Origin: a virus
Taxonomy: Duplodnaviria; Caudoviricetes
IMG/VR virus record: IMGVR_UViG_2599185236_000001
Span: 10,466-74,465 of that record
Reading direction: 5' to 3' (one strand)
Length of the DNA stretch: 64,000 nt
The position numbers were made by a program, and so were the translations under genes. Of the stretch, positions 1 to 7,707 are shown in pieces; position 1 is the stretch's first letter, and each line of letters opens with the position of its first letter. Below the pieces are notes generated by a model, which did not search any database, was not told where the DNA came from, and was given only the letters and a program-made list of their open reading frames with translations.

Positions 1-500
1 TTCACTGGTGCTCGATCGCCTTGAGTGTGAAAGAAATTTGCTGACTGCTTCCACAACGCGACCGAATAGCGGTCGATCAAAGTGCCGCTGGAGTCTACGA
101 TGGCCAACTCAACTCGCCCAGAGGTTGTCGGCTTCTGGACGAACGATTTGAACCTACCTCGCGTTAGATCCTTCCACTCTTTCTGATCAGCTAGATAAAT
201 ATAGACTTTCTGCCCTGCGGAATCAGCGAGCTTCAGCAGTGCTTCAAAGATGAATGGAAAAGAGGCGGCGGCGAGGTCGATGTCCCGAGCGTCCCCGGAT
301 GCAGGGGCCGTAATGTTAAGGTTTACGGCCTCCAACACGTCACCTGGCCCAGAGATCTGCCGTCCTTTGAACAATTTCTCGAAGACGCCTTCCCATGCCA
401 TAGCTTGCCGGGACGGAAGGATCATATGAGTAACAGGGTAGCGAGCGTTCAAGACGTCGCGCAATTTGACCGCGTAACGATCCAAAGATTTTTTGAGCAC
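1..500 (-). CDS. Hypothetical protein, 3' end runs off the window (absent from the ORF track)
   Basis: GTG at 500 with AGGA SD, just after the GT2 stop; frame open to position 1 (MLKKSLDRYAVKLRDVLNARYPVTHMILPSRQAMAWEGVFEKLFKG...). Confidence 0.55.
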   Translation of the reverse strand, partial: MLKKSLDRYAVKLRDVLNARYPVTHMILPSRQAMAWEGVFEKLFKGRQISGPGDVLEAVNLNITAPASGDARDIDLAAASFPFIFEALLKLADSAGQKVYIYLADQKEWKDLTRGRFKSFVQKPTTSGRVELAIVDSSGTLIDRYSVALWKQSANFFHTQGDRAPV

Positions 501-508
501 AAATGGTC

Positions 509-1486
509 CTATTTCGTAGTTGCAGTACTCTGACCAACTGAGGGTCGAAACTGCACATAAGTAGACTTGGCGCCGATGATCATCTGCTTGTGTTCGGCAG
601 TCATCGCTTCCCAATGATCGAGTGCGTCGGAGCGTCGCTCGAAAAGCAGCGTTGTACCATCATAACGGGTAATACTCACCGTTTGAAAGAAAGATGAACT
701 CGGCCGGAATAAGGCTCTGTAAAGTGTCCGAAATACGACCACTTCACAATCTCTTCCGAACGCAGCCCTAATGCGCTCGTAGTAGTCGGCATCTTCGCTT
801 ACGCTCTCATGTCGGAAATACCCTACCTTCTCAAGAACCTCCGCCCTCGGAAACATCATAGAAATGATACACTTCATCGTACGGCGGTCGTTGAGACGAA
901 TCGTACGCCCAGCATCGTTCGTTCGAACGTAGTTACAAGTCGCAAGCTTCTTGTTAGGAAACCGTTGCAAAGCACGGAATTGCATCTCTAGGCGGCTATT
1001 CACGCTCACATCGTCTCCGTCCTGGAATGCGATGTACTGCCCTCTAGCCATCGAAAGTCCGATATTACGGGACAGTCCTGTGCCAAGTTGAGCGTGATTC
1101 TCGACTATCTTGATCCGAGGATCTCTTTCAGCCATAGCGCGTATGACTTCTATGGAACGGTCATCGCTCGCGTCGTCGATAACGAGGACTTCAAGCGGCG
1201 GCATCGTTTGGCGCAGCATCGAGTTGATCGAGGCCTTGATCGTCGTCTCGTTATTTCGGGTCGCGATGATGACTGAAACGCATGGCTCGAAGTTACGACC
1301 GAAGCGGCGACGAATCATACGATATGGCCACAACGCCTCGTAGGCGATCTGCGGATCCGCAATAAGGTCAGAGAGCTTTCCTTTGAAATCCAGCCGTTCG
1401 TACCATCGCGAGACCGCAGGCCCTATCAATGGAATGTCCCTTAGGGTCTGCGGTGGATAACGCCTGAATTTGTGTAACACGTTCAA
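509..1486 (-). CDS. Glycosyltransferase family 2 (GT-A fold)
   Basis: VSVIIATRN, VLVIDDASDD, GLSRNIGL, YIAFQDGDD motifs typical of GT2. Confidence 0.9.
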   Translation of the reverse strand: MNVLHKFRRYPPQTLRDIPLIGPAVSRWYERLDFKGKLSDLIADPQIAYEALWPYRMIRRRFGRNFEPCVSVIIATRNNETTIKASINSMLRQTMPPLEVLVIDDASDDRSIEVIRAMAERDPRIKIVENHAQLGTGLSRNIGLSMARGQYIAFQDGDDVSVNSRLEMQFRALQRFPNKKLATCNYVRTNDAGRTIRLNDRRTMKCIISMMFPRAEVLEKVGYFRHESVSEDADYYERIRAAFGRDCEVVVFRTLYRALFRPSSSFFQTVSITRYDGTTLLFERRSDALDHWEAMTAEHKQMIIGAKSTYVQFRPSVGQSTATTK

Positions 1487-1597
1487 TCTCTTCGATGTTC
1501 AGACGAGAGTGGTTGTACCAGCGGCGTCTTTGTGACACTTTTATGACGTTTATGTAACATCGACAAATGCAGCGCAAGTCGGAGAGGTAGAACAATT

Positions 1598-2389
1598 TTG
1601 ATTAGGCAACGACCTGTGCTTGGTTCCGCACTGGTAGCGGTAGTTGCGACCCTTGGTGGGGTTGAAGCCCGAGCATGGAATTACCAAGGCCATCAGGTTG
1701 TCGCTGAGGTTGCGGAAAGCTATCTGAGTCCCGACGTCAGAGATCGGGTCGACGAGTTGTTGCGTTCCGAAGGCAAGACCAGGTTGGCTGATATTGCGAC
1801 ATGGGCGGATGAGATGCGTGACCTTGATCGGCCGAGGCAACCGTCTCATGCCATACGGCTCCCGTTGACCAACGAACACTACGTCCAAGAGCGGGACTGT
1901 CGGAACAAGAACTGCATCCTCGAAGCAATCAACGCTGATCTTGCGGCTCTCAAGGATGGAGAGAAAACGGTCGCCGCTCGGGTAGCAGCGCTCAAATATC
2001 TAACCCATTTCATTGGCGATCTACACCAGCCGTTGCATGCGAGTATCGACACGGGACAACAAAATGTTATTTTCGAAGGGAAAGAGATGACCTTGCACGG
2101 GGTATGGGATCGAGGCCTTATCCAGTGTCAAATCAACAACGTCCGAACATTGCTTGAAACAGCGCCACCCTTCGATCGAAATGACGTCAATGTTGTTTCG
2201 TGGGCGGAGGAGTCCCGATCCATCGCCCGAGACTTCATATTCCCGAACTTCAACAAGAACACAAATCAGCCTGTCGTCTTGGAAGAAACCTACTGCAAAA
2301 AGTTCAGTGGTATTGTCGTAAGCCAACTACAGAAGGCGGGTCGACGTTTGGCAAATCTTTTGAACGCCAACGTGGCAAAGCAAAAGTAA
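1598..2389 (+). CDS. Secreted S1/P1 family nuclease
   Basis: Signal peptide ending ARA, mature N-terminus WNYQGH, then ATWADEMR, HFIGDLHQPLH and LHGVWD Zn-binding motifs. Confidence 0.88.
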   Translation: MIRQRPVLGSALVAVVATLGGVEARAWNYQGHQVVAEVAESYLSPDVRDRVDELLRSEGKTRLADIATWADEMRDLDRPRQPSHAIRLPLTNEHYVQERDCRNKNCILEAINADLAALKDGEKTVAARVAALKYLTHFIGDLHQPLHASIDTGQQNVIFEGKEMTLHGVWDRGLIQCQINNVRTLLETAPPFDRNDVNVVSWAEESRSIARDFIFPNFNKNTNQPVVLEETYCKKFSGIVVSQLQKAGRRLANLLNANVAKQK

Positions 2390-2401
2390 GAGTTTAAGAT
2401 C

Positions 2402-2827
2402 GTGAAGTCGCTAGCAGAAATTATCCAGATCTTGCGCGAATGCAATGGGCCAAGTCGTCATGTCGACTTTCAGATAGCGCAGCACCTTGGCTGGAAAGAG
2501 AACTCTAACAGGGTTTCGCGTAGCGGAGACAGCAAGACAGTTTGGCTTAATCCTGAAACGGCTCAGCCCGGCAAGGTGCCTGCGTTCACTAAAGAGCTGC
2601 AGCATTCCTTTAGGCTTTTACAATATATTTGCCCAGAGTACGCTGGTGCCGCAATCCGCAAGGGGAAAACTGCTATTGTACAGGTCGAGCACTATGAGCC
2701 ATCGGAGGCTACGACCTTACCTCTCGCTATGTGCCAGGCAGCGCTGTTGGTTCTAGCTGACAGGTCCTCTCAAAACCTCCACGCTACAGGTTCCAACTCC
2801 AGCAATTCAGCTGGTGATGTCTGGTGA
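2402..2827 (+). CDS. Hypothetical protein (phage-associated type)
   Basis: 141-aa ORF; VDFQIAQHLGW...VPAFT resembles small alphaproteobacterial phage hypotheticals. Confidence 0.6.
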   Translation: MKSLAEIIQILRECNGPSRHVDFQIAQHLGWKENSNRVSRSGDSKTVWLNPETAQPGKVPAFTKELQHSFRLLQYICPEYAGAAIRKGKTAIVQVEHYEPSEATTLPLAMCQAALLVLADRSSQNLHATGSNSSNSAGDVW

Positions 2828-2920
2828 CGATAGCGAAGTTTCTAGGGAAATACTTGCGAGCCCTAGCGCGGCACAGTGATCCGGCTTGCGCCTTGTCGCA
2901 TGCCGGATCTCCTGATTCTG

Positions 2921-3259
2921 CTAAGGTCGTTTATCGCCGCTACCCTTATACCACCTGTTCCAATTCACGCCCTTCCCACGTTCGCGAGGATCGAACCATT
3001 CCCCGCCGTACCTATCTAGGAAGGCCTGCGCAGCAGGTTTGGTGGCGAAGCAGTGGATATTGTAATGCTCGTCTTCGTAGAAAACGGTATGGCCTCGATC
3101 GCACCTGAGAAGGCGGTTCTTCTTGCAAAACTCAGCCTGCTCGAAACCGAGCTCGCCCCGCGACAAGGTCTCCCTCAGTGCAATCTGGTGGGGCCAACCT
3201 CGATCAATCTCACTAGCGGTGAGTTCGCCTTTTCTTCTACTCATGCTGCATTTGTTCAC
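2921..3259 (-). CDS. Conserved-type hypothetical protein
   Basis: 112-aa ORF with globular composition (GWPHQIAL, HCFA, GGEWFDPRERGKG). Confidence 0.65.
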   Translation of the reverse strand: MNKCSMSRRKGELTASEIDRGWPHQIALRETLSRGELGFEQAEFCKKNRLLRCDRGHTVFYEDEHYNIHCFATKPAAQAFLDRYGGEWFDPRERGKGVNWNRWYKGSGDKRP

Positions 3260-3547
3260 TATTTGTTCTAGGCGGTCAAGCGTGCGCCATACCTGAAATT
3301 TGCTAGGTAGACATGGATCAAATTGCTGGCACCATAGCCTCAGCTCTGCACGTAGTTATCGCGAAACGACAGAGCGGGGCGAAAGTCCTGGCGGCCGTCC
3401 GGCGTGGAAAACGGTATGACCGCCTACTTGGAACTTTTGGATAGTGGCCTAGTTGAGGAGCTGTCGCTGCCGCGCCCCAGTTTCCGTCCCTAAGACGTAT
3501 CCCACGGCGCTGGCGGTGACGCCATTCAGGATGGAAACTCCCCAATT

Positions 3548-3573
3548 AGCCCGCTTCGAGCGGGCTTCTTTTT
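3548..3573 (+). terminator. Rho-independent terminator
   Basis: AGCCCGCT-TCG-AGCGGGCT hairpin followed by TCTTTTT. Confidence 0.7.
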
Positions 3574-3698
3574 GTCGGCCGAAAACCCCGCATTGAAACA
3601 GGGGCGCTTAGTTGGCGGTTCTGCCCGTTCACACGAATTAATGGAAAAACTGGGGTACTGTACAGGAACTTCGACCCGCACTCGCGGTTGCTGGAAAT

Positions 3699-3902
3699 AT
3701 GAATGTCCGTCTGTTGCTTTTGCTACGCCACCTAAGCTCTAGATCCTTCAAAGAACCTCCAGCCGGTGTGGGTATGAAAACGATGATCGAAGCTCGGGAT
3801 TGCGGTCTCATTGATTTCGACATGAACAGCAAACCGCTACGCGGTCGTCTTACACCTCTCGGTCTTGCGACCAGGAAAATAATTCCGCTCTCGCACTCTT
3901 GA
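3699..3902 (+). CDS. Small hypothetical protein
   Basis: 67-aa ATG ORF in an otherwise empty interval. Confidence 0.45.
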   Translation: MNVRLLLLLRHLSSRSFKEPPAGVGMKTMIEARDCGLIDFDMNSKPLRGRLTPLGLATRKIIPLSHS

Positions 3903-4025
3903 TCAGCGAGCAGCTACCATTCCGTCTGTTACCGTACTGACTGAAAAACGGGCTATCTTAATCATACCATTTGCTTACTTTATGCTCATCGTTGGCGATT
4001 AGGTTGCAGGCGCCGGCGGCTGAGG

Positions 4026-4337
4026 GTGCTAGATGCCCCCGCCTGCATAAAGACGGGAGGTGGTTACGTGTACCCCCTCAAATCTACTACGATAACAAGC
4101 GATTCCGCTCTCCGCGAGACACTGCTGAGATGGGCTAAGCACCTCGCCAGTTCCGAGGTGGACCAAATTGCGCTCGTGGAACGCACCATCGCTGTCGCAC
4201 TCGAAGAACCAGATACTCTGCTCTCAAGTACCGTCGAGCGCGGCTTGATGATGCTGATGCTTCGCATCGTTTGCGATGATGCAGGAAATCCGCCTGTCGG
4301 CACGACACCGAAGGGATCGAGCGCCCCGGGCCCTTAG
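4026..4337 (+). CDS. Hypothetical protein (weak resemblance to sigma region 2 fragments)
   Basis: 103-aa ORF; LRETLLRWAKHLASSEVDQIALVERT is only loosely sigma2-like. Confidence 0.45.
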   Translation: MLDAPACIKTGGGYVYPLKSTTITSDSALRETLLRWAKHLASSEVDQIALVERTIAVALEEPDTLLSSTVERGLMMLMLRIVCDDAGNPPVGTTPKGSSAPGP

Positions 4338-4355
4338 TTTAGACCGCCCCGGCAT

Positions 4356-4384
4356 TCGATGTTAGGGCGGTGGGGGCTAAGGCT
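4356..4384. repeat. Cassette-junction direct repeat, copy 1
   Basis: TCGATGTTAGGGCGGTGGGGGCTAAGGCT; matches 5569-5596 with one mismatch and one G indel. Confidence 0.85.
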
Positions 4385-5132
4385 ACGCCACTATGGTCAG
4401 AATGGCGAGCAAGTCGGTAGTGACCAGTGCTGCGAGAACATACGCCACGAACGCGCTCATCAACCTGCGTGAACGAGATGCGATCATATTCAAAAGGCTC
4501 TTGTTTCTCCAAGAACCCCAGCAAAGGTGAACACCTAGGGTGTCCGCTGATCGTTTGCCTGACAGCTTGAAACGAGAAAATTCGGGGTAGATCGAAGACG
4601 CGGGGAGAAGGGTTACAAAGTCCCTCCACTTCTCAGAGCTCGCGATGAAGAGGGATAGCGCGTGCGGCCCCGCTAGCAAAAGGACCTGCTTTTCACCGCC
4701 TTCCATTCGCTCGAAGGCACCCTCGACGAACTCAAGCCAGAACGGCAACTTAGGCTGAGATGCCATGAAGGCATTGCCAACCTTCCGCATCCCAATCCAA
4801 TCATTGTGCTGCTCTTCCACGCCAAGAACAATCGTTGACCGGTGGAACGCCGGGTTCGGTTTTTTGAAAAACTTGTAGTCCGTGTCGACGTAAATCCCGC
4901 CCGCCTTATACAGGTAGAGGCATCTGGCGATGTCGGCCTTAATCACGCCCCGGCCAATTGAACGATAGGCTTCAACCCTGTGAGGCATGATTTCAGCGAC
5001 AAGAGCTTCGTTTTCCTCGTCCCCCCAGAAGAGAAAGTCGTAATCGTTCAGGACGTTTCTGGCCCTCTTGATAACAACCTTTTCCTCTAGCGTAAGCGTG
5101 GCCGCAGTATGATGAATAATCTTAGGTATCAT
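4383..5132 (-). CDS. Glycosyltransferase family 32-like (DXD sugar-binding, OCH1-like)
   Basis: MIPKIIHHT start, KADIARCLYLYKAGGIYVDTD signature, C-terminal hydrophobic tail. Confidence 0.88.
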   Translation of the reverse strand: MIPKIIHHTAATLTLEEKVVIKRARNVLNDYDFLFWGDEENEALVAEIMPHRVEAYRSIGRGVIKADIARCLYLYKAGGIYVDTDYKFFKKPNPAFHRSTIVLGVEEQHNDWIGMRKVGNAFMASQPKLPFWLEFVEGAFERMEGGEKQVLLLAGPHALSLFIASSEKWRDFVTLLPASSIYPEFSRFKLSGKRSADTLGVHLCWGSWRNKSLLNMIASRSRRLMSAFVAYVLAALVTTDLLAILTIVA

Positions 5133-5248
5133 TAATATAGCCTCAGCAATACTAATCTAACGCAACCAATAATCGGTGGCCGTGTCAATTGGAGACTTCA
5201 TCGGTAAGGTTGTTTTCACGGGAAGTCGTGCCGAGGCAGCGCCCGACG

Positions 5249-5497
5249 CTAGGGAGCAGGGTCAGCGCTTGCGCGATATTCCCTCTCGCAACGAACGTAA
5301 CACTGCTTTCTGTATCGCTCGGATCGTGGCTTGCACACAACCTCACGATCATCCCCCTGAGACACGCAGTCGTTGACCATGAGATCGGCACCAAAGTCAC
5401 AGGTATCCGACTTGCAGAACTTAGGCGATTCAGCGCGGGCCAAGCCACCTCCGGCGTAGACAATCAAGATGAGCCACAAGGCGCCATACTGCCGCAT
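5249..5497 (-). CDS. Small secreted cysteine-rich protein (82 aa, 6 Cys in the mature part)
   Basis: GGGGAGGG SD before ATG 5497; signal peptide MRQYGALWLILIVYAGGGLARA; mature ESPKFCKSDTC...C...C...C...C. Confidence 0.65.
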   Translation of the reverse strand: MRQYGALWLILIVYAGGGLARAESPKFCKSDTCDFGADLMVNDCVSQGDDREVVCKPRSERYRKQCYVRCEREYRASADPAP

Positions 5498-5568
5498 GCT
5501 CCCTCCCCAGATTGGAAGGAACATCATGACGCCGAGGAATCGGACGCGCATCACCCGCGCGGGTTAGG

Positions 5569-5596
5569 TCGACGTTAGGGCGGTGGGGCTAAGGCT
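5569..5596. repeat. Cassette-junction direct repeat, copy 2
   Basis: TCGACGTTAGGGCGGTGGGGCTAAGGCT; contains the acyltransferase stop codon. Confidence 0.85.
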
Positions 5597-7544
5597 GCAG
5601 ATCGCCTAGTAGAATGTTGGAATTTTCGCGCGCCAGCCGCTTAGACGTTGTCTCGGTGATATGTCCGTTATCGAAATAGATCGGCTTGCCATCGAAAGTC
5701 ATTGAGCAATCCATCGTGCAAATCTGGCTGAGTAGATCCACGAACTGAAAGCCTTGCTTGTAGGCCGCTTGCTTTACAAGCTCATTCACTTGAACAATTT
5801 CATCAAGGTTCTCTGGCCCGAGATAGCTATCGCGATTTCCGAAATACGACAAACGAGCGAGCCCACTTGGTAAGTTCATACGGGCGGCTGGCACAGGTCC
5901 GACTATCACGACGCGATGAGCAAGTGTCATATAGTCGGCAAATGCCCGGGCAATTTCCGAGGAGAAAGTGTCAACGTTTCGGCTCCAGTGGCCTACCCAT
6001 GCTGCCTCAACAAGCAGCACGTCGACCGGATCTCTCTTCAATAACGCTGGCAGGTCTGCCTGGATCCGGCTGCAGATACCCCGTGCCTGCAGGAAGCCGC
6101 CCGACATACCCGGAACCGGCGGACACGAGTCAGCACCAACAAAGACGCCACTAACGCCCTTGTGTCTTGCTTCCTCTGAAAGACCGTCAGCGAGAGCGGC
6201 GGCGGTCGAATCGCCCCACAAGACAAGCCTAACCGGCCCTTGCGATCCGAGCCTGCACTTGCTGAACTCCAATGTCTCCGGTGCCTCGAAACCTAGGCAG
6301 TGTCGAAAATTGCCATTATCCTTTCCAGCTGCTTCTATAGCTTGCACCGCATCTGGGACGCGCTGGGGGAAGCCCACGGTAAATAATAACACAGCCGCTA
6401 TCGCCGAAATGAAGCTGGCAGCGCCGGCAGTTGCCGCCGTCCTGCGTAAAGGCCCCTTATCGGACTTCTTGCGGAAGGGCTGCTCGATGAAGCGCCACGA
6501 AAGAAACCCTAGTCCAACGCTTGCTGCGACGATCGCAATCGTTACCGCAAACGGCTCGTCATGGACCCATATGTAACGGACGAAAACAATAATGGGCCAA
6601 TGCACAAGGTAGATTGAATAGGATGCTTGCCCAAGCGCTCGCACTGGAGGCAAAGACAGCGCCCGACATGTCCAGCTCTCCGGGTTTCTTAAACCGCCCC
6701 AAATCAGTGCCCCCGCGCCCAGGCACGGAAGCAAAGCCGTGAACCCGGGGAATATCGTCTTTGACGTAAACACAACTGCGGCGAACACAATGGCGATGAG
6801 ACCAGCGACGGAGACCGCAGATGACAATATTGCTCCAGGCAAAAGCCTCGTTGAGGTCATTGCGATGAATGAGCCTATAAGAAATTCCCAAGCGCGGAAC
6901 GGCACCAGATAGAACGTCGGCGTGGGTTTATAAATTGCGCCCCAAACGCTTAGGACAAAACTTGCCACGAATACCACGACCAAAGCCGCCCAAAGAAGAC
7001 CGTGGCGGTGCCTGAGCACCATCGTCAACAGAGGAAGTGCTAAATAAAACTGCCATTCGACGGCAAGTGTCCAAGTATGGAGGAATGGATTTGTCTCCAG
7101 CGTAGGAGAAAAATAGCTTGTTTGCTTCCAGAATACGAAATTCTGTAGCATGAACGGCGCTGCAAAAAGCGATCTCGCAGCTTGCGCCGCCTCATCCGGA
7201 AGAAGGATTACTGATGAGAGGATGCCGGCCACAACCATGGTAGCCAGATACGCTGGGAGAATTCGGCGACACCTTGCATACCAAAAGCTGCCGAACGAAA
7301 AGTTTTTCGAGAGGCAAATCCTAGTAATCAAAAATCCCGAAATCACGAAAAACACGTCAACGCCGACGTAGCCGCCCGTAAGAGTCGTATTACTTATGTG
7401 GAACCATAAGACTAAGACTACTGCCAAAGCACGAATGCCATCAACAAAGTCGAGGTAACGACCATCGCCCGCCGCGTGCAGCCGATTAGAAACAACCCTG
7501 GCGTCCACAAAAATCCCCAAAGTATCTGAAGAAAATATCACCAA
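5589..7544 (-). CDS. OafA/YrhL-like O-acyltransferase (acyltransferase 3 multi-TM domain plus C-terminal SGNH domain)
   Basis: DGIRALAV, GGYVGVDVFFVISGFLIT, HTWTLAVEWQFY, SYSIYLVHWP, then LWGDSTA and DNGH SGNH motifs. Confidence 0.92.
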   Translation of the reverse strand: MVIFSSDTLGIFVDARVVSNRLHAAGDGRYLDFVDGIRALAVVLVLWFHISNTTLTGGYVGVDVFFVISGFLITRICLSKNFSFGSFWYARCRRILPAYLATMVVAGILSSVILLPDEAAQAARSLFAAPFMLQNFVFWKQTSYFSPTLETNPFLHTWTLAVEWQFYLALPLLTMVLRHRHGLLWAALVVVFVASFVLSVWGAIYKPTPTFYLVPFRAWEFLIGSFIAMTSTRLLPGAILSSAVSVAGLIAIVFAAVVFTSKTIFPGFTALLPCLGAGALIWGGLRNPESWTCRALSLPPVRALGQASYSIYLVHWPIIVFVRYIWVHDEPFAVTIAIVAASVGLGFLSWRFIEQPFRKKSDKGPLRRTAATAGAASFISAIAAVLLFTVGFPQRVPDAVQAIEAAGKDNGNFRHCLGFEAPETLEFSKCRLGSQGPVRLVLWGDSTAAALADGLSEEARHKGVSGVFVGADSCPPVPGMSGGFLQARGICSRIQADLPALLKRDPVDVLLVEAAWVGHWSRNVDTFSSEIARAFADYMTLAHRVVIVGPVPAARMNLPSGLARLSYFGNRDSYLGPENLDEIVQVNELVKQAAYKQGFQFVDLLSQICTMDCSMTFDGKPIYFDNGHITETTSKRLARENSNILLGDLQP

Positions 7545-7707
7545 CTTAGTTACTTGTAGGCTTTGTATAGCGCAAGGCGGATTGGATGGATTTCTCAGCT
7601 ATCCTTAATCCTGATAGGGGGGTGCTATGATGGTCGACGTGCAAAGTTCATTTTCTGTTCGTCTGCACGTCGAGCCAGTGAGACATAATGGTCTAACAGC
7701 TGCGGGG

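Noticed and set aside
4026-4337. Calling this ORF a sigma factor
   Set aside because: Only a loose region-2 resemblance and no region-4 HTH; left as hypothetical.
1-7700. Search for the partner att site
   Set aside because: No copy of AACAATCGGTTA, TAACCGATTGTT or the 14-nt spacer was found by eye, so no left boundary is claimed.
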